From NCBI GenBank assembly GCA_963804995.1, contig CAWDSK010000005.1, forward strand, positions 576,001 through 640,000: a DNA stretch of 64,000 bases, written 5' to 3'. Both the position numbers and the translations under genes were made by a program. The DNA comes from an uncultured Acidobacteriota bacterium (lineage in GTDB: Bacteria > Acidobacteriota > Terriglobia > UBA7540). Positions 46,696-55,724 of the stretch are shown here, piece after piece. Under the pieces are notes generated by a model, which was not told the origin of the DNA, made no database searches, and saw only the letters and a list, made by a program, of their open reading frames with translations. How positions within the stretch are numbered: position 1 is the first letter of the stretch; every line of letters begins with the position of its first letter.

Positions 46696-47664
46696 CTAAT
46701 CCCCTGAAGACTGGAAGTGATTGCGCCAGACTTCGGCCGCGCCGATCAGGCCCACATCCGGGCCCAAGGATGCCAGCGAGATCTCAACGTTTTGATAGGG
46801 CACGAGACGGCAATTCTGGCGGATGATCTGGTGAATGCGGTCGAGGAACAGACTAGCACTTTTCATGACGCTGCCGGCGAGCACAATGGCCTCAGGAAGA
46901 AACATGGTGACAAGATTGGCGAGACCAACGCCCAGGTAATAGGCCTCGCGCTCGACAGCCTGCCGGGCCCATTCGTCCCCACGCTGGGCTCGCGCGCAGA
47001 TCTCCCGAGCAGTCAAATCCTGGATTGGGTAATCAGCCGGCACAATGGTTTTGATCCAATCCACCATGGAGGGGCCGCTCGCCAGTGCCTCCCAGCAGCC
47101 ACGCGCACCACACGTGCACAGCGGCCCCGACGTTTCAATAATGTGGTGCCCGAGTTCCGGATGCGATTGACCCGCCCCTCGATACACCTTCCCATCCAAC
47201 ACCACTCCAGCGCCGATGCCTGTGCCGATGGTTACGCAGATCATGCGGGCTTTGCCCTTTCCAGACCCCCACGCTACCTCGCCGAGGGCAACTGCATCCG
47301 CATCGTTTTCAACTGCGACGGAAACGTGGAATTCAGCCGATAGTTTCGCGACGAGATTGCCTCCTTGCCATCCCGGCAAAGTACTTACATCACCCAATAC
47401 GCCCGTCAGCGGATCCACCGGGCCGGTGCACCCGATCCCGATTCCTTCGAGCTTGACCCCGGCCTGGGCCGCGCATCGAGCCAGGACCTTGCTCCCGCGT
47501 TGCATGGCGTGATCGAACCCCAAAGGAACATCGGTAGGATATTCTTCCCTGGCCAGTACTCGCCCCTGCGCATCCACGACCCCCACGGCAATCTTCGTGC
47601 CTCCGATATCAAGGGCCCCAATCATGCCTTTATACCTCCGTTCCGATATGGGAAAGCGTTTCAT
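46696..47664 (-). CDS. ROK family sugar kinase
   Basis: LDIGGTK, ENDADA, GTGIGAG and ELGH...CTCGARGCWE motifs. Confidence 0.92.
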   Translation of the reverse strand: MKRFPISERRYKGMIGALDIGGTKIAVGVVDAQGRVLAREEYPTDVPLGFDHAMQRGSKVLARCAAQAGVKLEGIGIGCTGPVDPLTGVLGDVSTLPGWQGGNLVAKLSAEFHVSVAVENDADAVALGEVAWGSGKGKARMICVTIGTGIGAGVVLDGKVYRGAGQSHPELGHHIIETSGPLCTCGARGCWEALASGPSMVDWIKTIVPADYPIQDLTAREICARAQRGDEWARQAVEREAYYLGVGLANLVTMFLPEAIVLAGSVMKSASLFLDRIHQIIRQNCRLVPYQNVEISLASLGPDVGLIGAAEVWRNHFQSSGD

Positions 47665-49871
47665 CTCCAGTCAAAGACTGCCGCCGCGTAGGGTTCGAGG
47701 TCCAACGCCCACTTTGATCCATGAAGTGAAATGGGCTGTTCCCCCTTTGGCGTCACCTGTTGAACGGAGTGCAGGGAGAAAGTGGAACTCACCGTTGCCT
47801 GCTGTGAGTTTGCGCTATGATTCACGATCACGACATAACCGTGATCCCCAGCATCCAATGACACAGCTTCAACGGACGGCCGATCGCTCTGGAATCGTGG
47901 CCTGACCCCCGCCCAGTCACGGAAGGCCTGATAGATCCGGTGCGTATTCTCCTCCTGGTCGAAAACCGAGGGAACGCCGGCCAGATAGCTTTCGAGCGGG
48001 TACGCACAGAGCAACGTTTTACCTTTTCCCAGGGTGTTCGCGATCAACGCCGGGCGCCCGGCCTGGTCAATGGCAATCACCGTGCCGCCGCGAACCTCAA
48101 GCACCGCTGCCCACTTATGGGGATTATCCGGGGCGGAGTAGTGAAATTCGTCCCCTGGTTTCAAGCCCGCCCAGGCAGAGACGACCTTAAGAGTAACGCT
48201 ACTGACGGGCGAATGGTCAACCAGGCGTGCCCCGAACAATCTCTCCATCTCCGGAATCGCCGCGTCTCCGGCCACCGAGGCATACAGAGCGCCACCTTGC
48301 TCGACGTACTGGTGCGCCTTTTCCCAAAAGTCGGTGTGCACCTGTACCAGATAATTGTCTGTGCTGGTCAGCGGAGAAGGCAGCAGCATGAGGGGATGGC
48401 TTTGCCAATCGCTGTACTCTCGCGGGAAGTCTGCCTTCAAGCCTGCTTGGCGCGCCAGGATGAAGGAGGACAACCATGAGCCGGTCACGTCCTCATTTGC
48501 CTCACCGACGTTAGGCAGGCGCTCTCCGGCCACCGCTCCGCCCTCACGCGAGGAGGTATAGGGCACAATCCCCGGCCCCTCCAGGCCAAAGTGCGAGAAG
48601 TCGCCGTAGGGCTTCGACCACTCATGAGGAACTATGATGCCGGCATCGGCGGGGGCTGGCTCGATGCCGCTGAGATCCAGTCTGGCCACAATCTCTTCGA
48701 AATCCTGAAACATTCGGGCAGCGGGGCGTTCCTTCCCATCCCAGGTGGTCAACCCAAACTGTGTTTCATGCGGCGAGCGCAAATAAGGGACGCGGTGGAA
48801 CTGCTCCGGGGCGGCGTCGGTATAGCACCAGATCAAAAATCCATTTGCGCCCGCGCCCAACGCCGAGTAAAGATTCGCCCCCAGGTATTTCGCAATCTGC
48901 TCGGGCTCATACTGCGCCGAAGATGCTCCGATCTCCTGAACCATTACTGGGCGCCCCGCCCCTCCCGAAAGGGCCGTTTCAAGGGCTGCGCCATACGTCC
49001 CTCGCGCGGAGAGCATGGCGTCAGGGAAAAGCTTCGGGGCATAGATGGTGTAAGGATGCACGCTGAAAAAGTCCACATCGTCGCGAAGGATGTCGGGACG
49101 GAAGGGACCGCGCCCCACATCTTCCATGGCGACCCCAACTACCAGGGGATGCATGGAATCGCGACGGCGGATTGCACCGGTCATCAACCGCGTCCAATTG
49201 ATCGCCATGGAATCCGTGGTACTGTCGCGCGCGACCCAGAACGGAGGTTCATCGGTCAGATCCCAGGCCAGAATGGCGGGTTCCTTACCGTACCGGCGGG
49301 CAAGCTCGGCGGCAAAGTCGGTCTCCAACCGCAACATGTAAGGATCTGATTGAGGGTCGCGACCCTGGCGATAGGGTACATCCCAATAGGCTTCGCCCAC
49401 TTCTCCTCCAATCAAAAGCATAGGATGGAGATAAATGTGATAGCGGTGGGCCAGTGAAACCAGATAGTCGAGCCCGCGAAATGCTTCGGGATTGTAATCC
49501 TCCGGCCGGGGCTCAAACCACGCCCAGACCAGATCGAGTCGAATGGTGTTGAAGCCCAGTTCGTGCATGCGCGCGAAATCCGCTTCAATCGCCTTCGGGT
49601 CCCAATCGTAGGGCCACTCCATGGCGGCTTTGGCGGGAACCCAGTTGGCGCCCACAGGAATGAAGCGGCGCCCTTCGCGTGAGAAGTAGTTGCCATCTAA
49701 TCGGACGGCTGGTAACTGTGCTTCCTCCGCTGGCTGATGCGCTGAACCCTGCACCTTCGTTTGCGACTGGGCCGGGTCGCGGCCCTCAACCTTAACCGCC
49801 CAGCCGAGACCTAGCGCTGCCACCATCAAGAAACACCGCAGTGTGCGTTTGGAATCCCAGCGCATACTCAT
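47661..49871 (-). CDS. Secreted clan-A glycoside hydrolase (GH5 mannanase-like/GH42-like with trimerisation domain)
   Basis: GFNTIR, AWDLTDEP (acid/base), SVHPY and VQEIG (nucleophile) motifs. Confidence 0.8.
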   Translation of the reverse strand: MSMRWDSKRTLRCFLMVAALGLGWAVKVEGRDPAQSQTKVQGSAHQPAEEAQLPAVRLDGNYFSREGRRFIPVGANWVPAKAAMEWPYDWDPKAIEADFARMHELGFNTIRLDLVWAWFEPRPEDYNPEAFRGLDYLVSLAHRYHIYLHPMLLIGGEVGEAYWDVPYRQGRDPQSDPYMLRLETDFAAELARRYGKEPAILAWDLTDEPPFWVARDSTTDSMAINWTRLMTGAIRRRDSMHPLVVGVAMEDVGRGPFRPDILRDDVDFFSVHPYTIYAPKLFPDAMLSARGTYGAALETALSGGAGRPVMVQEIGASSAQYEPEQIAKYLGANLYSALGAGANGFLIWCYTDAAPEQFHRVPYLRSPHETQFGLTTWDGKERPAARMFQDFEEIVARLDLSGIEPAPADAGIIVPHEWSKPYGDFSHFGLEGPGIVPYTSSREGGAVAGERLPNVGEANEDVTGSWLSSFILARQAGLKADFPREYSDWQSHPLMLLPSPLTSTDNYLVQVHTDFWEKAHQYVEQGGALYASVAGDAAIPEMERLFGARLVDHSPVSSVTLKVVSAWAGLKPGDEFHYSAPDNPHKWAAVLEVRGGTVIAIDQAGRPALIANTLGKGKTLLCAYPLESYLAGVPSVFDQEENTHRIYQAFRDWAGVRPRFQSDRPSVEAVSLDAGDHGYVVIVNHSANSQQATVSSTFSLHSVQQVTPKGEQPISLHGSKWALDLEPYAAAVFDWR

Positions 49872-49977
49872 GGTCCTTACCTCCCATTGCAAATATCTTC
49901 GATATGAGAGCTAGCCCGCGCAGTTGACGTAAGCGGGGAACGCCGGCTTGTAAAAAACCGCACATGAAATCGCCGCA

Positions 49978-50006
49978 ACACTAAGTAAGTCCGCCGTGAA
50001 TGTCAA
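49978..50006 (-). promoter_or_regulatory. Putative promoter of the GH-ROK-SIS-MFS operon
   Basis: Minus strand TTGACA-17-TAGTGT. Confidence 0.5.
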
Positions 50007-50132
50007 GGCGTGCTGTCGTCCGCCACAATCTGCGATTTCATCATTATGGTGTTGGGTGACTCTTGGGCTTGTCCAAATTCCGCTCAAATGGGAGGGTAGT
50101 GATCTGCGGCTCCGCCGCTTGTCATGAAAAAG

Positions 50133-50308
50133 CTCCCCGCCTCAGTTGAGGAGGGGTGGCGCACCGAGCCCCGATAGCGCGTTCTTTCCAAATTGATGAT
50201 CGGGGCCGAGCGCCGGGGTGGTGTTGAGGGTTGCCTCACGCCGCCCGGCGGATCGAATAACCACCCCGTCGCCTACGGCGCCACCCCTCCTAAATTAGGA
50301 GGGGAGTT
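50133..50308. repeat. GGAGGGGTGG/CCACCCCTCC REP doublet carrying a 36-bp insertion
   Basis: Same family as 14221-14291. Confidence 0.8.
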
Positions 50309-50410
50309 ACCCTAAAATTCCAGCAATCTGTTTGCCCCGGTTCCCTGTTGTGGTATGTTTGGCGGGATTTTGCAGTGATTACGTGTAGAACCTATATCTG
50401 GAGAGGCCAT

Positions 50411-51313
50411 ATGAGAGCTGTAGTTCGAATTACCTTCGCGACAATGGTGATATTCTTGTTTACGAACTTGGCGTTTGCTCAATTGGGAATGTTCTCGAAG
50501 GAGCAACGCCTGGCCCTGACACCCGAGTGGAAGGGCGAAAGATTCCCCGACGGACGGCCCAAGGTTCCTGATTCAGTGCTCCAAGGTTTGAAGGACGTGG
50601 ATGCTGAGGAAGCCTGGGATGTATTGCAGTCGCACGGTTACAAGTTCCAATTCGAAAGCGGCTGGCACGAGATCAATCATGGAGATCGGATGGTGGGACG
50701 CGTATTCACTGCAGTATTCATGCCCCAGCGGCCAGACGTGGACGCGGTGATCAACGCCAAAGGCAAAGAAGAGGGGCGCATCGGCAGCCAGAACTCCTGG
50801 CCCATTGATATGCTGTCGCCTGGCGACGTGCTGGTGGTGGACCTCTTTGGAAAGATCAAGGACGGCACTTACGCAGGTGACAACCTTTCCACCTCCATTT
50901 TCGCCAAAAGCCACAACGGCTTGGTGGTGGACGGCTCGGTTCGGGATGAAACGGGCATCTCTCAAATTACCGGCATGCATGTCTTCGTGCGCGGGGTTGA
51001 CCCTTCCTCATTGAAAGACACGACTTTGATGGGCATCAACGTGCCGATCCGGATCGGTCAAGTCATGGTGATGCCGGGGGACGTGGCCGTTAGCGATGCG
51101 GAAGGCATCACCTTCATCCCTCCCCAACTTGCCCAGCAGATCATTGACGAAGCGCAAATGACCCACCGGGTGGATGAATGGGGACACATGATGCTGCGTG
51201 AAGGCAAATACACGCCCGGCCAGATCGATGGCGAGTGGACGAAACCGATGATCAGGGAGTTCAATAAATGGCTTGAGCAGAAAGGCTCCAAGCTCCGCAT
51301 GCCCGAACAGTAG
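50411..51313 (+). CDS. RraA/HMG-aldolase family protein with signal peptide
   Basis: GDVLVVD, GDNL, VVDGSVRD and VMPGDV motifs. Confidence 0.85.
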   Translation: MRAVVRITFATMVIFLFTNLAFAQLGMFSKEQRLALTPEWKGERFPDGRPKVPDSVLQGLKDVDAEEAWDVLQSHGYKFQFESGWHEINHGDRMVGRVFTAVFMPQRPDVDAVINAKGKEEGRIGSQNSWPIDMLSPGDVLVVDLFGKIKDGTYAGDNLSTSIFAKSHNGLVVDGSVRDETGISQITGMHVFVRGVDPSSLKDTTLMGINVPIRIGQVMVMPGDVAVSDAEGITFIPPQLAQQIIDEAQMTHRVDEWGHMMLREGKYTPGQIDGEWTKPMIREFNKWLEQKGSKLRMPEQ

Positions 51314-51354
51314 AATTTTGGGAACTTAACTTTGCGACCGGAGGAAGGATCACC

Positions 51355-52716
51355 ATGAATAAACTCAACTCGTATTATTTAAACCGCCGCGGGATGCTGA
51401 AAGGCTCGGCGGCCGCACTGGGAAGCTCTCTGCTCAGCGGAGAGCCGATGGAAGCTTACCCCAAAGGCGTCAACACAAATTCCAGCCCGTCGGCGCTGAA
51501 AATCACCGACCTTCGCATCGCAGAGGTTATTGATGCTCCTGGTGACTCCCCTATCATCCGCATCGATACCAATCAGGGTGTCTACGGCCTGGGCGAAGTC
51601 CGCGATGAAGCCACTCCCATTTACGCTCTGATGTTGAAGAGCCGGATTCTCGGCGAAAACCCCCTGCAAGTGGACCGAATCTTCCGCAAGATCAAGCAAT
51701 TCGGCGGGCCAGCGCGTCTGGCGGGCGGCGTGTGCGGCATCGAGATGGCCCTGTGGGATATTGCGGGTAAAGTGTACAACGTCCCCGTCTACGTGATGAT
51801 GGGCGGCAAGCTTCGCGACAAGATTCGTATCTACGCGGACACCGAGGAATCCCAGGACCCGAAGACTTATGCGCAGAGAATGAAGGAGCGCAAAGAAGTC
51901 ATGGGCCTGACCTGGCTCAAAATGGACTTGGGAGTCGAATTGGTTTGGGACAAACCCGGTACCGTGACCAGGCGCTCCGGCCTGAGCGAATGGGAAATGA
52001 ATGAGGTCCCTCATCCCCTGCTCGCGATGGAGGTCACCGATAAGGGCATCGCTCTGCTCGAAGAGTATGTGGCGGCGGTGCGCGATGCCGTGGGCATGGA
52101 GATTCCGCTTTCCATGGACCACCTCGGCCACCTCGGCGTCAAGTCGATCATTCGCCTCGGCAAGGCGTACGAGAAGTACAACCTTTCCTGGATCGAAGAC
52201 GTGATTCCCTGGGAGTATACCGACCTGCTCAAACAAATCTCGGACCAGAGCCCCACCCCCATCCTGACGGGCGAGGACATTTACCTGAAGGAGGGTTTCC
52301 GCGTCCTCTGCGAGAATCGTGCCGTCAGCAAGATCCACCCTGACCTCGCGACCTCCGGCGGCATCTTTGAGACCAAGCGAATCGGTGACATGGCATGGGA
52401 TTACGGCGTGCCCATGGCCATGCACTTCGCCGGGACGCCCGTGAGCTGCATGGCAAGCGTCCACTGCGCCGCGGCCACCCTCAATGTCCTGGCGCTCGAA
52501 AACCACTCCCTGGATATTCCCTGGTGGGGCGATCTGGTGGAGGGCGTGGAGAAGCCGATCGTCAATCACGGTTGGATCACCGTACCGGATAAGCCGGGGC
52601 TCGGCATCACGCTCAATGAAGACGCCGTGAGACAACATCTGAAGCCTGGAACCAGTTACTTCGAACCGACCACGCAGTGGGACCACTCAACGGTTGATGA
52701 TCGGGAGTGGAGCTAG
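51355..52716 (+). CDS. Mandelate racemase/muconate lactonizing enzyme family, Tat-like signal
   Basis: GIEMALWDIAGK, WLKMD, WIED, TGED and PDKPGLG motifs. Confidence 0.9.
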   Translation: MNKLNSYYLNRRGMLKGSAAALGSSLLSGEPMEAYPKGVNTNSSPSALKITDLRIAEVIDAPGDSPIIRIDTNQGVYGLGEVRDEATPIYALMLKSRILGENPLQVDRIFRKIKQFGGPARLAGGVCGIEMALWDIAGKVYNVPVYVMMGGKLRDKIRIYADTEESQDPKTYAQRMKERKEVMGLTWLKMDLGVELVWDKPGTVTRRSGLSEWEMNEVPHPLLAMEVTDKGIALLEEYVAAVRDAVGMEIPLSMDHLGHLGVKSIIRLGKAYEKYNLSWIEDVIPWEYTDLLKQISDQSPTPILTGEDIYLKEGFRVLCENRAVSKIHPDLATSGGIFETKRIGDMAWDYGVPMAMHFAGTPVSCMASVHCAAATLNVLALENHSLDIPWWGDLVEGVEKPIVNHGWITVPDKPGLGITLNEDAVRQHLKPGTSYFEPTTQWDHSTVDDREWS

Positions 52717-52810
52717 TGCTGAGTCGCAGAAGTTAGCGGAATTATTTGTCGGGGGAGGGAAGGGGGGACAGGCGCCGCCCCGCCCTCCCCAGGGATATGA
52801 ATAATGTCGC

Positions 52811-55531
52811 TTATTGTTGAGGCGCCTGCACCGAGAAGAGCAGGCTGGCTGGCGACGAGGGAAGACCCTGATCCACCGTTCGGATCTGCTGCTTGATGCG
52901 CAGAACCTCCTTCAATTCGGCGGCGGACTTTTCCCCTTCCCCGAGCGCCCGGTAGGTGCGGCTAAGGGACTCATGGGCCTCGGCCATATCTGGCCAGATG
53001 CGCACCGCAGCATTAAGATGTCCCAAAGCCGCCTGGTAATCCTTCCTTTCGTAGTCGATCTTGCCGGCGAGTGACTGGATATAGGCGTCGTCGGGATTCA
53101 GCCGGAGAGCCTTATCGATCGCCTGGCGCGCGCCCTCCATATCGGCAGGGTTAATGTCGATATCGGCCATGGCGAGGTTATAGTAGGCCGCAACGTCGTT
53201 GGAGCCCAAGGCCACTGCGGTTTCCAGCAGTGGCTTTGCCTCGGCGAATTTGGCGTGTCCCGAGAGGACAATCCCATTAATTAGATAGGGCTGGCTCCAC
53301 TCCGGCCAACGCGATTCGATTTTGGCGAGCACTTTTCGGGACTCCTCCGGCCAATCCATCAATCCATAGGCAATGGCTTCAGTCAGGAGCAGCTTGGGCT
53401 CATCCGGAATAATGCGCAAGGCCTGTTGTAATAAATCCACCGCGCGTTGATATTGCTCGTGCTTGATGAGAAACAGCGCTGCCTGAAAATAAAGGTCAGG
53501 GCGGGTGGGTGCGGCGCGGAATCCTCGATTCAGGCTTTCCTGGGCTTCCTCCGCCTTGCCCTGTGCGTCCAACATCTGAGCTCGCAGCAGGAAATAATCC
53601 CCGCGCCGCTCACCCGCTGGCGCCTTTTCCAGCTCCGCCAGTCCCACTTCGGGGCCGGAAACATGAAAGACGGCGATGGCGAGGTTGAGGCGTGCGTCAC
53701 TCGCGGAGGCATCAGAAGAGACAGCACGTTCCAGAAACTCGCGGGCAGCATCGTACTGCTCTGCGCCGAGCAGCGCTTTGCCGCATTCGGAGAGAATCTT
53801 CGCGTCCGAGGTGAGCGGCAGGACGTCGCGGAAGACTTCGAGGGCCTCGGGCGTTTTACCTTCTGCCAGTAATTCCTTTGCCAATCGCACGCGAAGGCTC
53901 GCATCGCGCGGATTCGTACGAGTCCGTAATTCGAGGGCGGCCAAATATCGGGCCCTTTGCTGTGCGGGGGCCAGATTGAAGAAATCGAGCAGGCCACCTT
54001 GGGGTCTGCCGCTCAGCGGCTCCGGCCCTAGCTCCTTGATCTGCTGAAGGACGGCAGCAGATTCCTTTTCGCGGCCGGCCCTCGACAGCGCGCGGCCGTA
54101 ATGCATGAGGATCTTGGGATCTTTCGGGGCCAACTGAGCGGCTCGGCTCAGAATATCCAACGCATCCTGGCGGCGACCGAGCTGGAAATAGCACTCACCG
54201 AGCGTGTCCAGGGCGGCAAAATTCTCGGGCTCACGCGTCCGGACCAGCTCCAGATCTTCCACCGCCTGGGAAAATTTCCCTGCCCGGAAATTCAGCACGG
54301 CGCGTGCGTAGCGCGCTCCCTCAAAATTAGGGTCAATTTCGATTGCTCGGCTGAATTGCTGGAGGGCCCGATCGGGTTCGTGGGTCGTCTCAGCTATGCC
54401 CAGCTCGTACAGGCCGCGCGTGGCCTGGGGATGCTCTTGCACGTAGCGGCGGAGGTCGGGGACCGCCTCGTCCAGTTTGCCCGTGCACGCCAACGCGAAG
54501 GCGTGCTCCCGCCGGGCAACCTCGTCCCTCGGCTTGAGCTGCAAGTACTGTTCGAGCGCCGCGGCAGTGTCCGCGTAAAAGCCCAGCTTCTCAGCCGTTT
54601 GGGCAATCAAAAGTAAAATGTCCGGGCGCTCAGGGGCCAGGTGTTGAGCCTGCACCAGCAGGTCCATGGCCTGCTCGGCATGTCCTTGCTGGGAGCGAAG
54701 GCTCGCCAGGTTGTAGATGGTATCCACATCCTCAGGCCGTTGCTTGAGTGCTACCGCAAACACTTCTTGCGCGCGCTGTGGATGGCCGGCCCGCATCGCC
54801 GCCAACCCCAGGTTGTAAAGGATATCGAAATTCGCCGGCTCGGCCTCCAGGGCTTGTTTGAACACTCGTTCCGCATCCTCGTATCGCTTCCAACTCGCGT
54901 ACAGCATACCGATGGAGAATGCCACGCGGGCGTCGCCCGGAGTCTCTTTCGCCAGCGCCGCGAGCACGTTCACAGCCTCCGCGCGCTTTCCCTGAAGATC
55001 CAGCGCCTGGGCGCGCAAAAACCGGGCAGCGGGAGCAGCCTGCTCCTGGAGCGGAAGATGGCCCAGATAAGCCAGGGCCTGCGAGCCCTGCTTTTGCGCC
55101 ACGCTCATCCGCGCCAGTTGCAGGTTGGCGTTGGGATGGTCGGCCTTGAGGGCGACCACGCGCACGAAAGCGGCCCGAGCGCGTTCCACGTCCCCTCGCG
55201 CCAGATAGTGGTTGCCCAGATTATTGAGCGAAGATACCGAATGCGGGTCTATTTGCAGCGCTTGATTGTAATAACGCTCCGCCTCGTCGTAACGCTGCTG
55301 GGCGTCGAGGATCACCCCCATCAATCCCAGGGCGCGTACGTCATTAGGATGCGCGCGGAGAGCGGGCTGCAGCACCTTCTCGGCCTCTGCCGATTCGCCT
55401 TTTCCAAGAGAGTTCAGCGCTTGTTCAAATACGGAGGTGGGAATCTGGTCTTGAGCGATGACAGGCGGGCCGAGCGATATCCCCAGCGCGACTACCGGCA
55501 GAAGAATCAGCCTGAGAGCCATGACGGCCAT
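52811..55531 (-). CDS. Secreted tetratricopeptide repeat protein
   Basis: Many TPR repeats; signal peptide from the ATG at 55531 or 55522. Confidence 0.9.
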   Translation of the reverse strand: MAVMALRLILLPVVALGISLGPPVIAQDQIPTSVFEQALNSLGKGESAEAEKVLQPALRAHPNDVRALGLMGVILDAQQRYDEAERYYNQALQIDPHSVSSLNNLGNHYLARGDVERARAAFVRVVALKADHPNANLQLARMSVAQKQGSQALAYLGHLPLQEQAAPAARFLRAQALDLQGKRAEAVNVLAALAKETPGDARVAFSIGMLYASWKRYEDAERVFKQALEAEPANFDILYNLGLAAMRAGHPQRAQEVFAVALKQRPEDVDTIYNLASLRSQQGHAEQAMDLLVQAQHLAPERPDILLLIAQTAEKLGFYADTAAALEQYLQLKPRDEVARREHAFALACTGKLDEAVPDLRRYVQEHPQATRGLYELGIAETTHEPDRALQQFSRAIEIDPNFEGARYARAVLNFRAGKFSQAVEDLELVRTREPENFAALDTLGECYFQLGRRQDALDILSRAAQLAPKDPKILMHYGRALSRAGREKESAAVLQQIKELGPEPLSGRPQGGLLDFFNLAPAQQRARYLAALELRTRTNPRDASLRVRLAKELLAEGKTPEALEVFRDVLPLTSDAKILSECGKALLGAEQYDAAREFLERAVSSDASASDARLNLAIAVFHVSGPEVGLAELEKAPAGERRGDYFLLRAQMLDAQGKAEEAQESLNRGFRAAPTRPDLYFQAALFLIKHEQYQRAVDLLQQALRIIPDEPKLLLTEAIAYGLMDWPEESRKVLAKIESRWPEWSQPYLINGIVLSGHAKFAEAKPLLETAVALGSNDVAAYYNLAMADIDINPADMEGARQAIDKALRLNPDDAYIQSLAGKIDYERKDYQAALGHLNAAVRIWPDMAEAHESLSRTYRALGEGEKSAAELKEVLRIKQQIRTVDQGLPSSPASLLFSVQAPQQ

Positions 55532-55724
55532 GGGCGCAAGCGCTTTCTGCGGTGGGGATGGCAACAGAGCATCCGGGTAACGGTCACCCTGGTCCGTAAA
55601 CAACACCGCCGGGGCGCTACAGCATATCACGCTGGCGCCCCGGGTTGCGAGATCGACACAGCCTCTCTTTCTCCTCAGTAGTCCTCTCAGCACGGGCCTG
55701 CCGTTCGCCCGGGAGGCCATGGTC

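Noticed and set aside
51379..52686. Long antisense ORFs (also 29082-30080, 26706-27815, 21619-22722, 54641-55681)
   Set aside because: Shadow frames of GC-rich genes that have clear family motifs on the other strand.
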